A stretch of DNA of 64,000 nt, taken from an uncultured Clostridia bacterium (GTDB taxonomy: Bacteria > Bacillota > Clostridia > TANB77 > CAG-508). The notes beneath the pieces are model-generated. The model saw only the letters and a list, made by a program, of their open reading frames with translations, was not told the DNA's origin and did no database searches. The stretch lies in contig CANQYZ010000002.1 in NCBI GenBank assembly GCA_947628215.1, forward strand, positions 12,231 to 76,230, in the 5' to 3' direction. Made by a program: the position numbers and the translations under genes. The first letter of the stretch is position 1. Each line of letters opens with the position of its first letter. Shown here piece after piece: positions 20,941 to 29,925 of the stretch.

Positions 20941-20979
20941 TTTTTCCTCCTAAAGTTATTATTTACAATTTTTTCTATT

Positions 20980-21904
20980 TTAAATCTCTAAAATGATACA
21001 TCCAATATTAAGTCCTCCGGCCATATCCTAAAAATAGTACTTTATCATTTTCTTTTATTTTCTTTGACTTATATAATTCATCAAATGCAATTGGAATACT
21101 TGCACAAAATGTATTTCCAACTTCTCTTACATTTGAATACATTTTTTCTTTTGAAATATTTAATTTACTTGTTATACTATCTAATATTTTTTGATTAGAT
21201 TGATGTGGAATTATATATTTAATATCATCTAAAGAACATTTACTTTCTTCTAATAATTCCTTTACAACCTTTACAGTCTCTGATACTGCAAATTTATATA
21301 CTTTAGTGCCATCCATCTTAATCTTTTTGTTGTTTGCATCACAAGTTAATATCTCAAAATTTTGTCCAGTACTTAAAATTTTACTTTCATAAAACTTTTT
21401 ATCTAAAGACTTTTCAAGTACTAGTGCTCCTGCTCCATCTCCAAAAAGTATTGATGAATTTAAATCATCTTTATCTATATAGTCAGATAATTTTTCTACT
21501 CCTACAATTAAAGCAGATCTTACTTTAGATGTTTCTATATATCTATAAGCTATATCAATTCCATTTGGGAATCCTCCACAACCAGATAAAATATCTAAAC
21601 ATATACATTTTTCTATATTTAAAGCTCTTCTTATTAAATAAGAAATTCCTGGCATTAGATTGCTAGAACTAGTAGTAGTAACTATTATCAAATCTATCAA
21701 ATCTTTATCTATATTATTGTTTTCAATTATTTTTTTACTTACTTTAATTGCCATACTTTCTATTGATTCATCTTTTGCAAAGTATCTTTTGCAGATACCT
21801 GTCCTCTTCTCTATCCAAGTTTCATCTAAATTAAATTTATCGTTATAGTATTTATTATCAATAATATTTTCTGGCAAATATTTTTCACTTGCTATAATTT
21901 TCAT
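20980..21904 (-). CDS. fabH: 3-oxoacyl-ACP synthase III; frame broken by extra base at 21019
   Basis: ORF 21008..21916. MKIIASEKYLPENII. Active-site region LDILSGCGGFPNG is seen in sequence; PHQSN matches FabH-type KAS III motifs from memory. Junction LFLGYG|GGLNIGCIILEI*. GGAGAG RBS precedes the ATG at 21904. Length 925 = 3n+1. Confidence 0.88.
21017..21019 (-). other. C-GGA interruption site in fabH (ggc-C-gga)
   Basis: Restores LGYG|GGLNIG. The extra C could equally be called a CC extension. Confidence 0.8.
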
Positions 21905-21963
21905 TTTTCTCTCCAAAATTTACTTTTATTATTTTATAACTTTTCACACCAAAATACATTAGT

Positions 21964-21975
21964 CTGACTGGTCAG
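21964..21975. promoter_or_regulatory. palindrome CTGAC-TG-GTCAG about 60 nt upstream of fabH; candidate operator for a fab regulator
   Basis: Read directly in the fabH / ECF-sigma divergent intergenic region. Resembles the half-site organisation of FapR/FabT-type operators only loosely. Confidence 0.2.
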
Positions 21976-22115
21976 TTTTTAAAAATCCTTCGACATAAAT
22001 CGGCCTTAATTTTTATTTTTTAATTTTTTTTAATAAAAAGTGTAAGATTTTTTTATTTAATGTTAATCTATAAGTATAAGATGTAATTACATATTATTTT
22101 TAGAAAGGAATAGAT

Positions 22116-22682
22116 ATGGAAAGTTATGATTCAATAAAAGACTATTATCTAGAAGATGGTTTAGATTTAAAGAAGCTTACAGATAACTACAGTGGTTATA
22201 TTTATACTATTATAAGTAACAAAAATATTGGAATCTTATCTTCAGAAGATATAGAAGAAATAATTTCAGATGTTTTATTTGCAGTATGGAAAAATAGAGA
22301 TAATATTTTATCTTCTTACCCACTTAAAGCATATATCTCTGGAATTACAAAAAATGTTATAAAAAATAAGTTAAGACTTAATAAAAATATCAATATTATA
22401 TCAATAGATGATGACGAGTCTGGATTTGATATTAAAGATAGTATAAATATTGAAGATACTATAGAACAAAATGAAGAGATAAATGTTTTAGAAAAAGCTT
22501 TAAAGAAACTTGGAAAAGATAATGAAGAAATATTTAGAATGTTTTATTTCCATTCAATGAAAATAAAAGATATTTCTAAAAAGACTAATTTATCTGAATA
22601 CAATGTCTCAGTAAAATTACATAGGATTAGAAAACATTTAAAGAAAGAATTAGAAAAAGGGGGGTATTCTTATGGAAAATAA
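22116..22682 (+). CDS. ECF-type RNA polymerase sigma-70 factor
   Basis: 188 aa. Region 2 (YIYTIISNK...DVLFAVWKN) and a region 4 HTH (MKIKDISKKTNLSEYNVSVKLHRIRKHL). Overlaps the next gene by 11 nt. Confidence 0.75.
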   Translation: MESYDSIKDYYLEDGLDLKKLTDNYSGYIYTIISNKNIGILSSEDIEEIISDVLFAVWKNRDNILSSYPLKAYISGITKNVIKNKLRLNKNINIISIDDDESGFDIKDSINIEDTIEQNEEINVLEKALKKLGKDNEEIFRMFYFHSMKIKDISKKTNLSEYNVSVKLHRIRKHLKKELEKGGYSYGK

Positions 22683-24333
22683 TAATTTTGATAAAGAAAG
22701 AATACTTGAAAAGCTAGAAAATAAAATTGCAATTGATAATTTTAAAAATGATAATAAAGAAGTAAAAGATAAGAAAAAACATTCATTTAAAGTCGTAAAA
22801 GTCGCATCTTTAATTATAGTTGGAACTTTAGCTTTAGGAAATGTTATAACATATGCAACAAGTAAAACTGATTTATTTACTTGGTCTAAAAATCTAATAT
22901 TAAATAATATCGGTATTTCAAAAGAATATGAAGAGAAAAAAATAGATACTAATATTTCAAAAGATTCAAATGGAATAAAATTAGATATTACTGATTATGG
23001 TATAGACAATGAAAACTTAATAATTGGATATAATATAAAATTTCCTAAAAAGATAGATTTTGCAAAAGAAACAGCATCTACTACAACTATTGTAAATGGA
23101 AAAGAAATATTAGAGATATCTGATACTTGTAAATCTATATTTAGCAAAATTTCTGATACAGAATATACAGTTTATGAAATTTATGATATAAAATCTTCTA
23201 AAATTAAAGAAGGTTCTATTATAAAAGAAAATATGAAGTTATATGATTATCTTGGAGATGTTGATGGTTCTGTACTTGCCAATTGGTCTTTTGAAATTCC
23301 AATCGAAAAAGATAAAATAACTACAAACTTATCAGAATATAAAGTAAATAAAACTGTAAACTTAAAAGAAGTAAAAAATAAATATACTGATCATACCTTC
23401 GCTTCTTCAGATGGAACTTTAAAATTAATTCCAAAAGTTGATATTTCTAAAATGAAAATCACAGATATTGCAACTAAGTTATATATGAAGTTAGATAATT
23501 ATACAACAGATCCATCTTTTAACTATACTTTAGAAATATTAGATATCAATAATGAATCTCTTCTTGCTAAAGATACTGAATTCTTACAAGGTGGAATTTA
23601 TAAAACTATCTTATTCAAAAAAATTGATACAAATCAAACAATTACTTTAAACTTTTATGAACAAATAAAAGATGATGATGAAAAAATTGTAACTACAGCA
23701 AAAGCTTCTTATAAACTAGATTTAAGCAAATTAAAACAAACAAATAATAAAGAAAAATCACATTATACAAACAGAGTAGATTTCTTTAAACTATCATTTA
23801 TCTGCTGGTCAGATGATGAAGAATACGAAAAAATGCTAAATGAATCTACTGCTGGAAATGGCGATTATGTGGGAATTCCAATTAAAAATAATGATGAGAT
23901 TTCTGAATATATACAAATTAGAAGATATAAAAACATTTTTAATGACTCATTAGAAAAACTAGTAGAAAAATTAAAACTTTATGAATATGCTGGTGGATAT
24001 GGACTTGAAAAAACACATATTATATTTGATGGAGATAAAGAATACGAAGTATCTGATGAAGAATTTTTAGAATATGCAAAAAAAGGTTATATAAATATAG
24101 ATGGTAAAAAAATAAATCTTCCAAAAGATACAATTCACGATGTAACTTATACAGATGAAAAAGAAATTACAATAGATGGTAATAAAGCTTATACTTGGAC
24201 ACAATATTATGGATATTATACAACAAAATATATTATGATCTTAGATGGTTATGTTTACGAAATTGATTGCCCAAACAATATGGATGATGCAGAATATGTA
24301 GAAGAATTTATAAATTCATTAAAGATAAATTAA
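22672..24333 (+). CDS. putative anti-sigma factor: short cytoplasmic N-terminus, one TM, large extracytoplasmic domain
   Basis: 553 aa. Translationally coupled to the sigma gene. TM VASLIIVGTLALGNVITYA. DUF4179-like organisation (from memory). Confidence 0.5.
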   Translation: MENNNFDKERILEKLENKIAIDNFKNDNKEVKDKKKHSFKVVKVASLIIVGTLALGNVITYATSKTDLFTWSKNLILNNIGISKEYEEKKIDTNISKDSNGIKLDITDYGIDNENLIIGYNIKFPKKIDFAKETASTTTIVNGKEILEISDTCKSIFSKISDTEYTVYEIYDIKSSKIKEGSIIKENMKLYDYLGDVDGSVLANWSFEIPIEKDKITTNLSEYKVNKTVNLKEVKNKYTDHTFASSDGTLKLIPKVDISKMKITDIATKLYMKLDNYTTDPSFNYTLEILDINNESLLAKDTEFLQGGIYKTILFKKIDTNQTITLNFYEQIKDDDEKIVTTAKASYKLDLSKLKQTNNKEKSHYTNRVDFFKLSFICWSDDEEYEKMLNESTAGNGDYVGIPIKNNDEISEYIQIRRYKNIFNDSLEKLVEKLKLYEYAGGYGLEKTHIIFDGDKEYEVSDEEFLEYAKKGYINIDGKKINLPKDTIHDVTYTDEKEITIDGNKAYTWTQYYGYYTTKYIMILDGYVYEIDCPNNMDDAEYVEEFINSLKIN

Positions 24334-24360
24334 TGACAAAATAATATATTACTGATAAAA

Positions 24361-24403
24361 TAGTATTACTTTAATTATAAATTAGAGTAATACTATTTTT
24401 TTT
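24361..24403 (+). terminator. rho-independent terminator after the anti-sigma gene
   Basis: 10-bp stem TAGTATTACT/AGTAATACTA followed by a T8 run. Confidence 0.6.
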
Positions 24404-24416
24404 AGGAGATATTAAA

Positions 24417-24584
24417 ATGTTAAGTGATAAAGAAAAAGTTATTGATATTATAAAAAAACTACCAAATGATATTTCAATTAACGAAATAATAGAAATCTTA
24501 ATAGTAATAAATAGAATAGATTGTTTTAATGTAAATGAATCTTATACATCTAATGAGCTTTTAGATGAGATTAAAAATTGGTAA
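24417..24584 (+). CDS. small hypothetical protein (55 aa)
   Basis: Own translation MLSDKEKVIDIIKKLPNDISINEIIEILIVINRIDCFNVNESYTSNELLDEIKNW. AGGAGA RBS 7 nt upstream. Below the ORF-track cutoff. Confidence 0.4.
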   Translation: MLSDKEKVIDIIKKLPNDISINEIIEILIVINRIDCFNVNESYTSNELLDEIKNW

Positions 24585-24609
24585 AAAAAGTATCAGTTAT
24601 CCTGATACT

Positions 24610-25177
24610 TTAAAAAATCTTATCCATTTTTTCTATTATTTTTATAAGAACATCTTTCGTAGATTTCATTATATTTGTTTCATTAAAAAGTGAAGTTGCT
24701 ATATTCTTTATTTCTTCATCAAAACTTGAAGTATTTACATTAAGACCAATTCCAATATAAATCTCCTCTACTATCTCACCTTTTACTTTAGTTTCTGTTA
24801 ATATTCCGGCACACTTTTTTATTATTTATAAGTACATCATTTGGCTCTTTTATTTTTGCATCAATACCATATAATTCTTTAATTACTTCTACTATTATTT
24901 TAGCTAAAGATGTAGTTAAATTTTCATATTTTTTTATTGTTTCATTTGGCTTTAAAAAAACAGTAAATGTAAGATTTGTATCTTTTTCTGAATACCAAAT
25001 TCTATTTTTAGTTCCAATTCCATTTGTTTGATTATTTGCAATTACTATAGTACTGTTTTCTAAGTTTTTGGAATTTTCTTTTACATATTTTTGCGTAGAA
25101 TTTATTTCATCAAAATAAATTATTTTATTAATGTTTTTATTTTTACTTATACTCTCTTCTATTTTTCTTATATCCAT
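24610..25177 (-). CDS. biotin/lipoate protein ligase family (short BirA-like); frame broken by extra base at 24808
   Basis: ORF 24788..25177. Junction PNDVLINNKKVC|GILTETKVKGEIVEEIYIGIGLNVN, a typical BPL catalytic core. Length 568 = 3n+1. Confidence 0.6.
24806..24808 (-). other. C-GGA interruption site in the BPL-family gene (tgc-C-gga)
   Basis: Restores KKVC|GILTETK. Confidence 0.75.
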
Positions 25178-25192
25178 ATAATCTTCTTTCTA

Positions 25193-26965
25193 TTAGTTTA
25201 AAGTAATTTTCTTAAATTCTTCTAAGTCTTTATTAAAGTTATTAAAAGCTTCTTCATATAATTTTTCTTCTACTGGATTTACTCCTGCTACTATTAATGA
25301 TTCTACTGGACTTTTACTGCAACCAAGCTTTAAAAATTTAAAGTAATCTTCTAATTGTTTTTTATCTCCTTCTACTAATCTTTTTGCAATTACTGTTGCA
25401 CAGCACATTCCAATTGTATATTTATATACATAATAGTTATAGTAAAAATGTGGGACTGCATAACATGAATATTTGGCATATTCATGTAAATTTACTTTTC
25501 CTCCATAATATTCTTTACTTAAATCATCATATAAATCAGTAATTACTTTACTAGATAATCCTTCATTATTTTCTACCATCTTATGAAGTCTATCTTCAAA
25601 ATCAGCAAAAAATGGTTGTCTATAGCATGTTCCTACAAACTCATCTAACTTTTTATAAAGGAAATACTTTTTCTCTTTTTCTGTTTTTGCATTTTTTATA
25701 AAGTAATCCATAAGAAGCATCTCATTTGTAGTAGACGCAACTTCTGCAACAAATATTTTATAATCACTATTTATATATTCTTGATTATGATGAGATAAAT
25801 AAGAATGAACTGAATGGCCAAGTTCATGAATCATAGTAAATATTGATTCTACATCTCCTGTAAAACTCATTAAAATATATGGATCTGTATCATAGCAACC
25901 ACTAGAATATGCTCCATGTCTTTTTCCACTGTGTGGCATATAATCTATCCAGTGTTCATTTTTTGCTTTTTCTAATATTTCTCTATATTCTGGTCCATAA
26001 CATTTTGTAACTTCAAATATAATATCCCAAGCTTCTTCTATAGTAAACTTTTTATCAATTTCTTCTACGACAGGATATCTTAAATCATATGAATCTAAGC
26101 GTTCTTTATTCATAAGTTTAGCAAGGACTCCTAAAAAATCAACATAGAAGCTATGATATTTTTTATTTGCATTATCAAGAATCATATAAAATAATTTCTC
26201 ATCAACTTCATCTCCAAATGTTGCTAAGTCTAGAGAATCTTTGAATTTTTTTACCTTTGCATAAAAAACATCTTTTTTTAGATTTCCTTCTAAAGTACTA
26301 GCATATACATTTTCTAATTTTTTATATTCTATATTTAAATTTTCATAAGCTTGTTTTCTTACATTTTCATCTTTGCTTCTGTAAAATACTCTTGCTGTTT
26401 CTTCATTTAAAAATTCTTCTTTTCCATCTACTATTACTGGTTTAAATGTAGGTCTTATATTTGAATAAGTTTTATATGAGCTATCTAACGCTCCAGATGC
26501 TAAAGCTACTGTCTCTTCTACATCATCACTTGCCATATGTGGCTTTAGTCTTGTAATTTTGCTCATTGCAATTTCATATTTTTTAGCTTTCTCATTTTTT
26601 ACAAAATCTAAAACCTTCTCACAATTTTTTAGTACTTCTATTTGCACAAATACAGTTTTATTATTATATTCTTCAATAAGTCCAGAAATATTTGCAAACA
26701 TACTTTGTTTTTCTGAATTTTCTGGCTCTGTATCTACAGATAAGTGTGAATATGTGTACATCTTTTCTATTTTTCTATCTATCTTTTCACTATATTCCAT
26801 AAATTCTACAAAAGAATCTACATCATTTAAAAAAGTACTTTTAAATCTTTCTATATCTTTTATTTTTTCTTTTACTTCATTAAAGTCTTTATAAAAATCT
26901 TCTTCTGTTTTGTAAATCTTCTCTATTCCCCACTTGTATTTTTCTTCAATCTCTTCTCTTTTCAT
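25193..26965 (-). CDS. pepF: oligoendopeptidase F (M3B)
   Basis: ORF 25193..26995. Zn motif HELGHSVH. AAGGAGG RBS precedes the ATG at 26965. Confidence 0.85.
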   Translation of the reverse strand: MKREEIEEKYKWGIEKIYKTEEDFYKDFNEVKEKIKDIERFKSTFLNDVDSFVEFMEYSEKIDRKIEKMYTYSHLSVDTEPENSEKQSMFANISGLIEEYNNKTVFVQIEVLKNCEKVLDFVKNEKAKKYEIAMSKITRLKPHMASDDVEETVALASGALDSSYKTYSNIRPTFKPVIVDGKEEFLNEETARVFYRSKDENVRKQAYENLNIEYKKLENVYASTLEGNLKKDVFYAKVKKFKDSLDLATFGDEVDEKLFYMILDNANKKYHSFYVDFLGVLAKLMNKERLDSYDLRYPVVEEIDKKFTIEEAWDIIFEVTKCYGPEYREILEKAKNEHWIDYMPHSGKRHGAYSSGCYDTDPYILMSFTGDVESIFTMIHELGHSVHSYLSHHNQEYINSDYKIFVAEVASTTNEMLLMDYFIKNAKTEKEKKYFLYKKLDEFVGTCYRQPFFADFEDRLHKMVENNEGLSSKVITDLYDDLSKEYYGGKVNLHEYAKYSCYAVPHFYYNYYVYKYTIGMCCATVIAKRLVEGDKKQLEDYFKFLKLGCSKSPVESLIVAGVNPVEEKLYEEAFNNFNKDLEEFKKITLN

Positions 26966-27113
26966 AAAGTCCTCCTTAAATATTATTTCTATCACATTTT
27001 ATCATTTCTTTTAAAAAAATAAAAACAAATTTTTACTCATTATTATTATATTTAAAAATCAAAAGAATATAATTTATTATCTGTTATTTGTATTTTTTAT
27101 TTAGGAGGTTGAT

Positions 27114-27272
27114 ATGGAAAGAAATAATGACTTTGGTTTTGATATGCAAGACCCTTTTAATCCTATGAGTCAATATGAACAAGGATATATGTATTATAAG
27201 TTTTTAACTCAGCAAATAGAATATAAAATAAAATGTAAAGAGCTTGAAAATTTAACTTCAAAAGTAGGATAA
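27114..27272 (+). CDS. small hypothetical protein (52 aa)
   Basis: Own translation MERNNDFGFDMQDPFNPMSQYEQGYMYYKFLTQQIEYKIKCKELENLTSKVG. Strong AGGAGG RBS 5 nt upstream and a hairpin downstream. Confidence 0.5.
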   Translation: MERNNDFGFDMQDPFNPMSQYEQGYMYYKFLTQQIEYKIKCKELENLTSKVG

Positions 27273-27328
27273 AAATAAGGACTTCAATTTTGAAGCCCTA
27301 TTTTTATATCTTTACTATTTTTATTATT

Positions 27329-29332
27329 TTATTCAAGTGGAATATCACAAACTTTTTCATAAGTATCCATATCAATTACCATTATATTATTTTGAGATAT
27401 AGTATAGAAGCAATCTCCTATATAAATTATTCTATCGATTACTTTTTTATAATAACCAACATCTACTTTAGAATTTTGTTCTTCTTCACTTATTTTCTTT
27501 TCTATAAATTTCTTATTATTTAAATCTATCTTATATACAACTACACCTCTAAATCCATTATCTGCACTTGCTGGAAATGCTAAAACTTCTTTTTCTCTAT
27601 CACAAAGGATTGCTTTATGATTATATAATACTTCTGAATAAGCATAATCGTCTCCAATTGATTGTTTAAATATTTCTTTTGGATTATCTAAATCGCTTAT
27701 ATCAAACATACTAATTTTTATTCCTGTTGTAGTCACTCCACCATAACCATTATCTTTAGTATCTCTACCAATTCCAATTATATGATTTTCATCATATGGA
27801 TGAAGATAGCTGCTATATCCTGGTATTTCTAATTTTCCTTTAACTTTTGGATTTACGATATCTGTAAAGTCTATTACTAAAAGTGGATCCACTTGCTCAA
27901 ATGTTACTACATATCCTATTTTTCCAATAAATCTAACTGAATATATTTTTTCTCCTTCTTCTAAGTCTGTAACTTCTCCTATTTTTTCCAATTTTTCATT
28001 TAGTACAAATACATTATTTGTTGTTTCATCTGCTTTATTATAACCTGTTGTTGCTATTCTAAAGTTTCCTTTATATTCATCCATTGAAAATTGATCATTT
28101 ACTGTTCCTGTAACATTTCCTTTAGCTACAAATTCAATATTATTATCTGCTAATTTAAATTTAAATATTTCTGTTTCTGAATTATAATTATATGTTCCAA
28201 ATATTCTACTATAACTTGAATCAAATTTTGATTTTATTATATACATATTGTTTTGGCTACAATATATTGTACTTCCAAGTCCTAAGAATGATTGCATATT
28301 AGCTTCTGCTTTTTTATCTATATTTACTGCTGTAACCATTGTGTAAGAAGCTTCCTCTGAGTCTTCTAAATAATAAATGTCTGTACAATTAACCTCTTTG
28401 TATTCACTTGATATTAAAGTATCTCTGTATTTTGGAAGTATATTTTTTTTCTCTTCTTCAGAATCTTCTGTCTCTTTTGTTTCATCATTTAAAGCAATTG
28501 GATAATTGTAGTAAGCATATTTATTACTTATAAAATAAAGATTTGAACCAACCATTCTAGAATCTGTATAATCTCCAGTATTAGACACCTCTCTTATTTT
28601 CTTAATATTTTCTTTATCTTGAATATCATAAATTAAAGCTACAGTCTCTACTTCATCATCATTTATTCTTGTTGCCATAACTATTAAGTTATTATTGTTT
28701 AGATACATCTCTGATGCATAAAAGTTTTTATATTCTTTTTCATTTAGTTCTATTTTAGCTACTACCTTTTTTAAATCTAAATCAATTACAATTACTTTTG
28801 AATCACTTTTTCCTGAATATCTATATTCTGGTTTTAAATAATAAATATATTTTCCATCTGTTTTTACTATATCTGCTTCATCTACTCCCTCTTCTTGTAC
28901 GTTAGTTTCAGAATAATCACTGGAAGATAACTTTGATTCATCACTGTTTGTTGCAATTGATTGTTCCATAGAATCAACCGAAATAGTTGGATGCGCTTTA
29001 GGTAATTCTTTTGATAATATTCTTTTAAGTTCTTCCATATTTTCTATTTTCTTTAATCCTGATTTAGAAAGATCTGCTTTAGCTATAACTACTGGATTTT
29101 CTTTAACTTTTACTTCTTTAGTATTTTTATTTAAGAATAATGCTCCAGAAATAACAATTGCATAACATGCTGCAACTGCTGTCATTCCATAGATAACATG
29201 TTTTAATGTTTGCAAATTATTTTTCTTATTTTCTTTTGTATTTATTTCATCTATTAATTTTCTCTTTAGATTTTCATCTACTTTAATATTATCCATTTCT
29301 TTTATGTATTTATCTTTATTATTCATCTTCAA
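27329..29332 (-). CDS. membrane-anchored protein with C-terminal beta-propeller-like domain; probable anti-sigma partner
   Basis: 667 aa. Overlaps the upstream ECF sigma gene by 14 nt. TM VIYGMTAVAACYAIVISGALFL. Resembles the COG4880 secreted beta-propeller family (from memory). Confidence 0.55.
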   Translation of the reverse strand: MKMNNKDKYIKEMDNIKVDENLKRKLIDEINTKENKKNNLQTLKHVIYGMTAVAACYAIVISGALFLNKNTKEVKVKENPVVIAKADLSKSGLKKIENMEELKRILSKELPKAHPTISVDSMEQSIATNSDESKLSSSDYSETNVQEEGVDEADIVKTDGKYIYYLKPEYRYSGKSDSKVIVIDLDLKKVVAKIELNEKEYKNFYASEMYLNNNNLIVMATRINDDEVETVALIYDIQDKENIKKIREVSNTGDYTDSRMVGSNLYFISNKYAYYNYPIALNDETKETEDSEEEKKNILPKYRDTLISSEYKEVNCTDIYYLEDSEEASYTMVTAVNIDKKAEANMQSFLGLGSTIYCSQNNMYIIKSKFDSSYSRIFGTYNYNSETEIFKFKLADNNIEFVAKGNVTGTVNDQFSMDEYKGNFRIATTGYNKADETTNNVFVLNEKLEKIGEVTDLEEGEKIYSVRFIGKIGYVVTFEQVDPLLVIDFTDIVNPKVKGKLEIPGYSSYLHPYDENHIIGIGRDTKDNGYGGVTTTGIKISMFDISDLDNPKEIFKQSIGDDYAYSEVLYNHKAILCDREKEVLAFPASADNGFRGVVVYKIDLNNKKFIEKKISEEEQNSKVDVGYYKKVIDRIIYIGDCFYTISQNNIMVIDMDTYEKVCDIPLE

Positions 29333-29813
29333 ATCCTCCTTTCAAGTTTTGTTTTAAAATCTCTCTTGCTCTAGAAAGCCATGTCTTTATAGTTCCTGAC
29401 TTCTTACTTAAAATTTTAGAAATTTCTTCTACTTTATAGCCTTCATAATAGTATAGATATATTACTGTTTGATAATCTTCTGGAAGTTTTTTTACTTCTT
29501 CTAAAACTTCTCCATTTTCTATATCATCTATTTTTTCATCTTCGTATTTTATATTTTCATCTAATTCTACATTTTTTCTTTTCCATGCTGATTTTAAGAA
29601 ATTATTACTTAAATTGATTGTTACTCTAATAAGCCAGGCTTTCTTATGTTCTTCTGTTTTAAATTTTGGTCTTTTACTATTAAATTTTAAAAATACATCT
29701 TGGTATATATCTTCTGCATTTTCTTTTGTTTTTACTCTAGTTAGTGCTACTTTATATACCATGTCTGAATATTTTTCTATAGTATCTATTACATACTTAT
29801 TTTGACTAGTCAC
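29319..29813 (-). CDS. ECF-type RNA polymerase sigma-70 factor
   Basis: ORF 29319..29864. Region 2 DIYQDVFLKF. Region 4 YKVEEISKILSKKSGTIKTWLSRAREIL. AAGGAGG RBS supports a GTG start at 29813. Confidence 0.75.
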   Translation of the reverse strand: MTSQNKYVIDTIEKYSDMVYKVALTRVKTKENAEDIYQDVFLKFNSKRPKFKTEEHKKAWLIRVTINLSNNFLKSAWKRKNVELDENIKYEDEKIDDIENGEVLEEVKKLPEDYQTVIYLYYYEGYKVEEISKILSKKSGTIKTWLSRAREILKQNLKGGFEDE

Positions 29814-29925
29814 TTTTTTTACCTCCTTAGTATAAATACAATTTAAGTTTAAGTTTGGTTTCAAAAAAATAAAAAAATCTTATAAAATTAGGTATTATCT
29901 AAAATTATAAGATTTTAATTTTTAT

